Source of the DNA: Syntrophales bacterium
Lineage (GTDB): Bacteria; Desulfobacterota; Syntrophia; Syntrophales; UBA6109
DNA: 64,000 bases
Direction: 5' to 3'
Assembly: GCA_035366835.1 (NCBI GenBank)
Contig: DAOSIS010000008.1
Span: 38,283-102,282 of the forward strand
The position numbers and the translations under genes are program-made. Shown here in pieces: positions 26,891 to 34,301 of this stretch; position 1 is the first letter of the stretch; the number at the start of each line of letters is the position of its first letter. The notes beneath the pieces were generated by a model. The model ran no database searches. It saw only the letters and a program-made list of their open reading frames with translations, and was not told the origin of the DNA.

Positions 26891-28066
26891 ATGAGAGAAC
26901 CGATGTCCGTCCGGAATATCACCGGGATCGCCCCGCCGTTGCCTCAGAATCCCTCTCCCGTTGCCGCTCTTGCCCCTTCCCCGGCCGGCCTCGTCGTCGG
27001 CGACACCCTGGAAGCCCTCGTCACCGGCATCCTCGACCCCCGGCGCGTGCTCCTCGATGTCAAGGGAAGCGGCGTGGTGGCGGAATCCTCGGTGGCCCTG
27101 CACGCCGGCGACCGCCTGACCGTGCGTGTGGAAGAAGTGGAACCGAAGATCCTTCTGCAGGTCCTGAGAACGGAGACGTCCGATGTGGAGAAGGTCGGCG
27201 GCCACCTTCGTCTGCAGCGCTCCCAGCCGCAATCGCTGGCGCAGCTCTTCGGATTGCTTCCGGAGGCGCTGCGTGCCGAAAACCTGCCCCTTCTGCAACA
27301 GCCATCGACGAGAAAACTGATCGGCGACGTCCTTCGGATCATCGGCAACCTCGTGGTGACGCAGGGGACCCTGAAAGACCCGCTCTTCGTCAGGAACTAT
27401 CCGGGTCAACTGGGGCTGCTGCTGGAATCGGGGCTGCTGAAGGGCCTGCAGGGCGGCGGAAAAGACGCGAGAACGGGTGCGGCTCCCGGGCCGGGAGAGA
27501 ATCTGAAGGGCCTTTTGCTCAGGCTCTCCGAGGAACTGCGGTTGCAAGTCGCGGCACAGACGGCGGACCGGCCGGCCGCGGATCCGGCCGCAAGGGTTCT
27601 CTCCTTCCTGGAGGCCTCGGTGAAGTCGATCGAGACGCAGCAGGTAATGAATGCAGCCAGCCTGCAGTCCGATGCGACCTGCTTTCTGCAGATCCCTTTT
27701 CAGGCCGCGGACGGGATCCGCATACAGGACGTCTACATCCAGGTCGATCGCGAGGCCGGGAGGCAAGGAAGGGGAGAGGAAAAGAGCCGGCTTGTGTTCA
27801 TGCTGAATCTCGATGCCGTGGGTGAGATGATGATCGATGCGAAATTCGCCGGCCGGGCACTGGAATGCCGGATCAAGTGCGTCGGAGAGGCCGTCCGGGA
27901 ATTCGTCGCCGCGCGGATCGGCGCTCTCGAACAGGGGCTTGCCCGGGCGGGATACGAGGTGCGGCTCCTCGACTGCGTCGCCAGGCCGGATCTGACCGAA
28001 GACCGGATGGAATTCCTGGGTTCCCTGTCCCTGTACCGCCGGGATTCCGTCAATCTTTTCGCGTGA
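26891..28066 (+). CDS. FliK-C-terminal-domain-like (hook-length-control-like) protein
   Basis: 391 aa. The C-terminus LNLDAVGEMMIDAKFAGRALECRIKCVGEAVREFVAARIGALEQGLARAGYEVRLLDCV follows the Flg_hook pattern seen in fliK at 6293-8356. Confidence 0.6.
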   Translation: MREPMSVRNITGIAPPLPQNPSPVAALAPSPAGLVVGDTLEALVTGILDPRRVLLDVKGSGVVAESSVALHAGDRLTVRVEEVEPKILLQVLRTETSDVEKVGGHLRLQRSQPQSLAQLFGLLPEALRAENLPLLQQPSTRKLIGDVLRIIGNLVVTQGTLKDPLFVRNYPGQLGLLLESGLLKGLQGGGKDARTGAAPGPGENLKGLLLRLSEELRLQVAAQTADRPAADPAARVLSFLEASVKSIETQQVMNAASLQSDATCFLQIPFQAADGIRIQDVYIQVDREAGRQGRGEEKSRLVFMLNLDAVGEMMIDAKFAGRALECRIKCVGEAVREFVAARIGALEQGLARAGYEVRLLDCVARPDLTEDRMEFLGSLSLYRRDSVNLFA

Positions 28067-28083
28067 GAGGGAGGCGAGCCGCT

Positions 28084-28404
28084 TTGGCGAAGGATCTCGG
28101 GGGACGTGAGGAGGATCGAAGAAGAGGCGCGCCGCAGCTGATCGCCGCCGCCCTGAAATACGACGCTTCAAAGGACGAGGCACCGGTCCTTGCGGCCAAA
28201 GGGCGGGGCATCGTGGCCGAAAAGATCCTGGAGATCGCCCGCCGGCACGGCATTCCCGTCACGAGCGATCCCGCTCTCGTGCAGATCCTGGCGAAGCTCG
28301 ATCTGGACGAGCAGATTCCGGTGGAACTGTACCGGGCCGCCGCCGAGATCCTCGCCTTCGTGTACTCGCTCAACGCCGCCTGGAGAGAACGGAAGGGCGC
28401 CTGA
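28084..28404 (+). CDS. Stand-alone FlhB C-terminal (FlhB_CC)-like protein
   Basis: About 106 aa from TTG 28084 (RBS GAGAGGGAGG 9 nt upstream; alternative GTG 28063). Colinear with residues after NPTH in this window's FlhB and ends LYRAAAEILAFVYSL (FlhB: LYRAVAEILAFVYRL). No TM and no NPTH. Confidence 0.75.
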   Translation: MAKDLGGREEDRRRGAPQLIAAALKYDASKDEAPVLAAKGRGIVAEKILEIARRHGIPVTSDPALVQILAKLDLDEQIPVELYRAAAEILAFVYSLNAAWRERKGA

Positions 28405-28580
28405 AGGAAAACACCCGGAAAAAAATGCCGCGCCTCCTTCCCCACCGGGTCGGGACACCGGCGGGAAGAGGTCCCGCCCCCTCGGGCCGCCGGGATTCTC
28501 CGGGACAAGACTGAATCATATTCGATAGATGCATTCACGATGCCGAAAGGGACGGTCTGCAGGAAACGGATCGTCCCCGG

Positions 28581-28596
28581 TGGCATGCCTGTTGCA
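28581..28596 (+). promoter_or_regulatory. Sigma54 promoter of flgF-G-A-H-I-J
   Basis: TGGCAT-GCCTG-TTGCA, a near-consensus -24/-12 element, 36 nt upstream of the flgF ATG 28632. Confidence 0.7.
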
Positions 28597-28631
28597 ACCA
28601 TGGTCCGCAAAAGCCGGGAGGCGGATGCTTC

Positions 28632-29324
28632 ATGAATTACACGATTCAGGATCTGGCAAATCTCAGCAACGAAAAGATTCGTCAACTGGATTCCATCGCC
28701 CACAACCTGGCCAATGCGGCGACGCCGGGATTCAAGGCCCAGTATCTCCATATCCGGGCCGCCGAGCCGTCGCGCTTCGCCGATGTCCTGCAGAACATCG
28801 ATCATTCGCAGGGTGCCCTCGAACACACGGGCAATGCCCTGGATGTGGCCCTGCAGGGCGAGGGATTCTTTGCGGTCCAGACCGGCGACGGTGTGGCCTA
28901 CACCCGCAGAGGCAATTTCCTCCTGAACGCAAAGCAGGAACTCGTGACCGACGGGGGGATGGCCGTACTGGGAGAAGGGGGACGCATCACCGCCCGCGGC
29001 GCCGACGTGCGCATCGACGGCACGGGGAGCGTCATCGTGGACGGCTCCGCCGGCGACAAGCTCAAGATCGTGCGCTTTGCAAAACCCTCGGCTTTGAAAA
29101 AACGCGGTGACGGACTCTTCGTCGATCCGGGGGAAGCCGCCCCCAAGAAGGCGGAGGAGACGAGGATCGCCCCCGGCCACCTCGAGCGCTCCAACATCCC
29201 TGTGGTGGAACAGATGGTGGCCATGATCGAAGTCCAGAGGACATTCGAGACCTACACGAAACTCATTCAGAACCTGTCGGACCTGGACCGCCTTTCCACG
29301 AACAGAGTCGGAAAGCTTGTATAA
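28632..29324 (+). CDS. flgF: Flagellar proximal rod protein FlgF
   Basis: 230 aa. Rod N-motif (LDSIAHNLANAATPGFK) and C-motif (MVAMIEVQRTFETYTKLIQNLSDL). Confidence 0.85.
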   Translation: MNYTIQDLANLSNEKIRQLDSIAHNLANAATPGFKAQYLHIRAAEPSRFADVLQNIDHSQGALEHTGNALDVALQGEGFFAVQTGDGVAYTRRGNFLLNAKQELVTDGGMAVLGEGGRITARGADVRIDGTGSVIVDGSAGDKLKIVRFAKPSALKKRGDGLFVDPGEAAPKKAEETRIAPGHLERSNIPVVEQMVAMIEVQRTFETYTKLIQNLSDLDRLSTNRVGKLV

Positions 29325-29345
29325 GGGGAGGGGGAAGAAAAAGAT

Positions 29346-30128
29346 ATGATTCGATCTTTGTATACAGCGGCGACCGGCATGGTCGCCCAGCAGCTGGACC
29401 AGGATGTCGTCGCCAACAACCTCGCCAATGTCAACACCCCGGGCTTCAAGAAGTCGCGGGCGGATTTTCAGGATCTCATGTACCAGATCACGTCGAAGTC
29501 CGGCGCGGAGACATCGGGAGGAAACCAGCTGCCGGCCGGGATCGAGATCGGCATGGGCGTCAAGCCCGTCGCGACGCAGAAGATCTTCACCCAGGGGGAT
29601 TACCAGCAGACGGGCAATACCTTCGACTGGGCGATCGAGGGAGACGGCTTTTTCCAGTTCGACGACAACGGCAAGACGCTCTATTCGCGGGCCGGAAACC
29701 TGAAAGTCAACAAGGACGGGGCGATCTGCAACGCCGAGGGGCTGAAGCTGGTTCCGAACATCACCGTGCCCGCCAACGCCACGGTCTTCACGATCGACAG
29801 CGGCGGGACCTGGTCGGCCACCGACAATGCCGGCAATCCCCTGGCGACGGGGCGGATCGAACTTGCGAGGTTCATGAATCCGGCGGGCCTCACCAGCATG
29901 GGGCGGAATCTCTACGACAAGACCCAGGCCTCCGGGGAGCCGGTCCTGGCCAATCCCAGCGTGGACGGCATGGGCACGATTACGCAGCGCTATCTGGAGA
30001 TGTCCAACGTGAGCGTCATCGAGGAAATGGTGAAGATGATCGTCGGGCAGCGCGCCTACGAGATCAACTCGAAGGCGATCCAATCGGCCGACGCCATGCT
30101 GCAAATGATCAATAACCTCAAGAGGTAA
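29346..30128 (+). CDS. flgG: Flagellar distal rod protein FlgG
   Basis: 260 aa. MIRSLYTAATGMVAQQLDQDVVANNLANVNTPGFK .. MIVGQRAYEINSKAIQSADAMLQMINNL. Confidence 0.95.
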   Translation: MIRSLYTAATGMVAQQLDQDVVANNLANVNTPGFKKSRADFQDLMYQITSKSGAETSGGNQLPAGIEIGMGVKPVATQKIFTQGDYQQTGNTFDWAIEGDGFFQFDDNGKTLYSRAGNLKVNKDGAICNAEGLKLVPNITVPANATVFTIDSGGTWSATDNAGNPLATGRIELARFMNPAGLTSMGRNLYDKTQASGEPVLANPSVDGMGTITQRYLEMSNVSVIEEMVKMIVGQRAYEINSKAIQSADAMLQMINNLKR

Positions 30129-30133
30129 TCGAC

Positions 30134-30859
30134 ATGAGGCGAGGAAGTTTCCGATGTTGCATCGCCCTGGCAATGGTGCTGACCGTGGCGGCGACGGCGT
30201 TCTCCGCGGCGCCCGCCTCCTACAGGGTGGACACGGAGCGCCTCCGGGCCATGGTCAGCGAGCACATCGATGCGAACATGCCCTGGGCGCCCGGCTGCGC
30301 GCGGTTCGAGATCACGGGAAGGCTGGACGACGTCGTGCTGCCGTCGGAAAAATTTTCCTATTCGATCCAGGGCCGGGATGACGACCGGTTCCTGGGCGAC
30401 AGCACGTACATGGTGAAATTTTCTGTCAACGGCCTGCCGGTGCGGCAGAAGCACGTCACCGCGCGGATCGAGGTCCTGATGGATATCGTCGTGGCGAAAC
30501 GCGCCTTGGGCCGCAACGAGGTTCTCTCGGCCGAGGATGTGGCCGTCGCAAAGAAGTGGATGCGCGGGACGCCCTATCAGGTTTTCACGGACCCCGCCGA
30601 TGTGGTCGGGAAGAAACTCTGCGCCGATCTCTGGCAGAACATGGAGATCCGGCGTTCCATGGTGAGGGACGTCCCCGTCGTGAAGAAGGGGAAGCTGGTA
30701 CGGATCGTGCTTGAAAACAGGTTCATGAATGTCCACACGATCGGCCTGACCGAGGAGGACGGGGTGAACGGCCAGATGATCCGCGTCCAGAACGTCTCTT
30801 CGAAGAAAGTGGTTTACGCCCGTGTGGAAAGCGCATCGGTCGTGCGCGTGGGGTTCTGA
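30134..30859 (+). CDS. flgA: P-ring assembly chaperone FlgA
   Basis: 241 aa. Signal peptide ([18 protein letters not shown]), SAF-like region and C-terminal [35 protein letters not shown]. Confidence 0.8.
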   Translation: MRRGSFRCCIALAMVLTVAATAFSAAPASYRVDTERLRAMVSEHIDANMPWAPGCARFEITGRLDDVVLPSEKFSYSIQGRDDDRFLGDSTYMVKFSVNGLPVRQKHVTARIEVLMDIVVAKRALGRNEVLSAEDVAVAKKWMRGTPYQVFTDPADVVGKKLCADLWQNMEIRRSMVRDVPVVKKGKLVRIVLENRFMNVHTIGLTEEDGVNGQMIRVQNVSSKKVVYARVESASVVRVGF

Positions 30860-30869
30860 GGGGAAGCAC

Positions 30870-31556
30870 ATGAGAAGAGCGGGATTCCTGGGAGCTTTTT
30901 GCGCGGTTCTGGCGATCGGTTGCACCCCCCAGGCGGAGATGCTGAAGGCGAAGCCTCTTGCGCCGACGCCCCAGATCGTTCGGCCGCAGCCTCAGGCGGG
31001 CTCGATCTGGGCCGGTGAGAATGCGAGGAATTCGCTCTTCGCCGACGCCAAGGCACGGTACGTCAACGACATCGTGACGATCATCATCGAGGAGGACGCC
31101 GAAGGCGGGAACTCCGCCAGCACGAACACCGCCCGGAACACCTCGACCACGACAGGCATATCGGCCCTGCTGGGCCTGGACCAGTCGATCCTGGAGCGAA
31201 ACCCCAATATGGGGGGCAAGATCAGCGTCGGAGGATCTTCGACGAACTCCCTCAAGGGAACGGGCGACACGAGCCGGGGCGGGAAACTCGATGCACGCCT
31301 GTCCGCCCGTGTCGTGAGCGTCATGGAAAACGGGAACCTCCTGATCGAGGGGAAGCGGCAATTGACGGTCAATGCCGAAGACCAGTACCTCGTCATCACG
31401 GGGGTCATCCGGCCGGAGGACATTACCACGGAAAACACGATCACATCGCGCTACATCGCCGACGCCAGGATCATCTACACCGGTGAAGGGGTGATCAACG
31501 ACAAGATGCGGCCCGGCTGGCTGACGAGGATAGTGGATTGGGTATGGCCTTTCTAG
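30870..31556 (+). CDS. flgH: Flagellar L-ring lipoprotein FlgH
   Basis: 228 aa from ATG 30870. Lipobox LAIGC and FlgH core ([47 protein letters not shown]). Confidence 0.9.
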   Translation: MRRAGFLGAFCAVLAIGCTPQAEMLKAKPLAPTPQIVRPQPQAGSIWAGENARNSLFADAKARYVNDIVTIIIEEDAEGGNSASTNTARNTSTTTGISALLGLDQSILERNPNMGGKISVGGSSTNSLKGTGDTSRGGKLDARLSARVVSVMENGNLLIEGKRQLTVNAEDQYLVITGVIRPEDITTENTITSRYIADARIIYTGEGVINDKMRPGWLTRIVDWVWPF

Positions 31557-31559
31557 CCG

Positions 31560-31677
31560 GACTGTTGAAAGACGCCCCTCTGCGGCCCTTCGACAGGCTC
31601 AGGGCAGGCTGACTGAACGAACGGTCATGGTGAGTCGAGCCATCGGAGCCTTGCAGCCAGGCATTTTCGAACAGTCC
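31560..31677 (+). repeat. MITE-like repeat, copy 3 (subfamily A)
   Basis: GGACTGTTGAAAGACGCCC ... GAGCCTTGCAGCCAGGCATTTTCGAACAGTCC. It shares the core TTCGACAGGCTCAGGGCAGGCTGA..CATGGTGAG with copy 1 and starts 4 nt after the flgH stop. Confidence 0.8.
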
Positions 31678-31724
31678 TAGGAAAAGTGAGTTATGGATCA
31701 AATGCGGCTGGAAACGGTGAAATC

Positions 31725-32888
31725 ATGAAGATCAAGATCGGACTTTCTCTTCTCCTGTCGGTTGTATTCCTGATCGGCACGGGCGCCGAGGCGGCGAGGA
31801 TCAAGGACATTGCCGAAATCGGCGGTGTCCGCGACAACCAGCTGATCGGATACGGGCTCGTCGTCGGGCTGGCCGGGACGGGGGACGACGTCAAGAACGG
31901 CTTCACCAAGGAGACGCTGGCCAACCTGCTGAGCCGGCAGGGGCTGTCGACGAAGGACAAGACGCTCAAGGCCGACAACGTCGCGGCGGCGATGGTCACT
32001 GCGAATCTGCCGCCCTTTGCCAGGATCGGGACGAGGATCGACGTGAGCGTTTCCTCCATCGGCGACGCCAAGAGCCTCCAGGGCGGCACCTTGCTGATGA
32101 CGCCACTTCGGGGAGCGGACGGAGAGATCTACGCCGTGGCGCAGGGGCCGCTGACGCTCGGGGGATTCTCGGCCGGCGGCGCCGGGGGCAGCGTGACGAA
32201 GAACCACACGAGCGTGGGATTCATCGCCAACGGGGCGTTTGTCGAGCGCGAGCTCAAGCATGAACTGGACAGAAGCAGGACCTTCACCCTGAACCTCCAT
32301 ACGCCGGATTTCACGACGGCCAAGCACCTGACGGAAGTCGTCGCGCGGAGCAATCCCTATGTGGATGCCAGGCAGGTCGATTCGCGGACCGTGGCGCTGA
32401 AACTCAAGCCCGCCTTTTCGGGGACGATGATCGATCTGATCCCGCAGATCGAAAGCCTCGATATCCCGGTCGATTCCACGGCCGTCGTCGTCATGAACGA
32501 AAAGACGGGCACGGTGGTCATGGGCGAGAACGTGCGCATTTCGACGGTGGCGATCGCCCACGGGAATCTCAGCATCCAGATCAAGGAGGAGCAGAAGGTA
32601 TCCCAACCTCTGCCCTTCGCGCCGACGCCGCCGGCCGGCAGCGCACCGGTGACGGCCGACAAGAGCGGCACCATCGTCGCGCCGGGCGGTCAGACCGTGG
32701 TCACCACGGACAGGACGGTGGGGGTGGGGGAGGAGCAGAAGCAACTGATGGTCGTCCCACAGGGGGTGACCATCCAGGACGTCGTCAAGGCCCTCAACGC
32801 CATCGGGGTGACGCCGCGCGATCTCGTCACGATCCTGCAGACCATCAAGGCGGCCGGCGCCCTTCAGGCGGATCTGAGGCTGATCTGA
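31725..32888 (+). CDS. flgI: Flagellar P-ring protein FlgI
   Basis: 387 aa from ATG 31725. Signal peptide, then RIKDIAEIGGVRDNQLIGYGLVVGLAGTGD. C-terminal VTPRDLVTILQTIKAAGALQADLRLI. Confidence 0.95.
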   Translation: MKIKIGLSLLLSVVFLIGTGAEAARIKDIAEIGGVRDNQLIGYGLVVGLAGTGDDVKNGFTKETLANLLSRQGLSTKDKTLKADNVAAAMVTANLPPFARIGTRIDVSVSSIGDAKSLQGGTLLMTPLRGADGEIYAVAQGPLTLGGFSAGGAGGSVTKNHTSVGFIANGAFVERELKHELDRSRTFTLNLHTPDFTTAKHLTEVVARSNPYVDARQVDSRTVALKLKPAFSGTMIDLIPQIESLDIPVDSTAVVVMNEKTGTVVMGENVRISTVAIAHGNLSIQIKEEQKVSQPLPFAPTPPAGSAPVTADKSGTIVAPGGQTVVTTDRTVGVGEEQKQLMVVPQGVTIQDVVKALNAIGVTPRDLVTILQTIKAAGALQADLRLI

Positions 32889-32907
32889 CGAGGGGCTGGA
32901 AAAGAGA

Positions 32908-33237
32908 ATGAACGAAACGGGCAACGTGGCGGCATCGGCACTCCCCGCAACAGCGGAAAGTGCCGGCAAGGGGTCCGTCAGATCCGAGGAAGACCTCAGG
33001 AAAGAGCGGCAGTTGAAGAAGGCTTGCAGGGATTTCGAAGCCGTTCTCACCTATACCATGCTCAAGAGCATGCGGCGGACCGTTCCCGCCGGCGGGGCGA
33101 CAGGGCAGGTTACGGGAAAGGATACGTACGAAATGCTGATGGACCAGAAGATCTCCGAGGAGGCGGCAAACCGGGGGAACGGCATCGGCCTCCAGAAGAT
33201 CCTCTTCGAACAGCTGAACCAGCGGCCGCGAAAGTGA
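32908..33237 (+). CDS. flgJ: FlgJ-type rod-binding protein (N-domain only, no muramidase domain)
   Basis: 109 aa with the rod-binding pattern KKACRDFEAVLTYTMLKSMRRTV..YEMLMDQKISEEAANRGNGIGLQKILFEQL. Confidence 0.75.
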   Translation: MNETGNVAASALPATAESAGKGSVRSEEDLRKERQLKKACRDFEAVLTYTMLKSMRRTVPAGGATGQVTGKDTYEMLMDQKISEEAANRGNGIGLQKILFEQLNQRPRK

Positions 33238-33256
33238 CGGTCGGGAAAAATAAAGT

Positions 33257-33284
33257 TAAAGTATTTGTCCAAACTTGCCGATAG
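33257..33284 (+). promoter_or_regulatory. Sigma28 promoter of flgM-N-K-L-csrA-fliW
   Basis: TAAAGTAT-N12-GCCGATAG, 34 nt upstream of the flgM ATG. Same TAAA-N17-CCGAT geometry as the three minus-strand sigma28 sites. Confidence 0.65.
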
Positions 33285-33317
33285 GTGTGTTAAGATCACG
33301 CGCCAGGAGACGGAGAC

Positions 33318-33623
33318 ATGAAGGTAACGGATGTCAAGGATATGGCGGCCCAGATGGTCCAGCAGTATCAGCGGGCTGACGGGGTGCGCCAGGAAGCCGA
33401 AAAACAGGTGAACGGTTTCAAGTCTCCCGAAGAGAGAGTCGATCTTTCCGCCAAGGCAAGGGATATCCAGCAGCTCAAGGACGCGGTATCCGATCTCCCG
33501 GAGATTCGTGAAGAGAAGGTGAAGGAACTCCAGGAGCGGATCGAAAAAGGCGCCTACGATGTGAGCGGGGAGAAGATTGCCGAGAAGATGGTGGGAGAGT
33601 CGCTCATCGACCTTTTTGCCTGA
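33318..33623 (+). CDS. flgM: Anti-sigma28 factor FlgM
   Basis: 101 aa. C-terminal FlgM pattern IREEKVKELQERIEKGAYDVSGEKIAEKMVGESLIDL. Confidence 0.85.
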   Translation: MKVTDVKDMAAQMVQQYQRADGVRQEAEKQVNGFKSPEERVDLSAKARDIQQLKDAVSDLPEIREEKVKELQERIEKGAYDVSGEKIAEKMVGESLIDLFA

Positions 33624-33742
33624 GTTCCCCATCCTCCCTCCTCTTTTCCCGTGCCGGACCAGGATCGTCGGCTGGACGCGAAAGCATCGCAGGCTTTCGG
33701 ATCCGCGGGCCTCGCGCTTCCGAGGTTCGCGAGGGAAGGGCC

Positions 33743-34297
33743 ATGACACAGGAAGAACTCCGCCTGAAACAGGATCTGGTAATCTCCCGCAATCCCGATG
33801 ATCTGTGCCGGTCGCTTCTGGACGCCCTCGCAAAGGAAACGGACCTGTGGCGGGAACTTCGCGGGGTCATGGCGGATGAGCGGGAGACGATCAAGCGACC
33901 TGCGTCTCTCGAGGCGCTGCACGATCTCAATGCGCGGAAGGAGACCGCCATCTGGAAGCTGAAGATGATGGAAACGGTCCGCGCAGGGTATGTCAGGAAG
34001 ATCGGCAGGGCGCTGGGGATTCCAGAAAATGAAGTCAACATGACGTCCCTTGCGGGCGCCATCGAAGGCGACATCCGCAATGAATTCCACTCCTTCCAGC
34101 AGAATCTGAAAGCGCTGCTTCGGGAGATCCACGAGCTGAACAGGGGCAACCAGGACCTTCTGGATGTCTCCGTTTCCCTTCTCCGGGGCACGATCGATTT
34201 CATCCAGGAACTGGCGACAAGGAATCCCGTCTATCAGAACAGCGGCCGCCTGGCGCGCGCCGGCTGCAACGGCCGGATCGTCCGGGCGCAGGGGTGA
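33743..34297 (+). CDS. flgN: FlgN-like export chaperone
   Basis: 184-aa helical protein between flgM and flgK with a FlgN-like pattern (LLDALAKETDLWRELRGVMADERETI.., ELNRGNQDLLDVSVSLLRGTIDFI). Confidence 0.6.
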   Translation: MTQEELRLKQDLVISRNPDDLCRSLLDALAKETDLWRELRGVMADERETIKRPASLEALHDLNARKETAIWKLKMMETVRAGYVRKIGRALGIPENEVNMTSLAGAIEGDIRNEFHSFQQNLKALLREIHELNRGNQDLLDVSVSLLRGTIDFIQELATRNPVYQNSGRLARAGCNGRIVRAQG

Positions 34298-34301
34298 TGA
34301 A

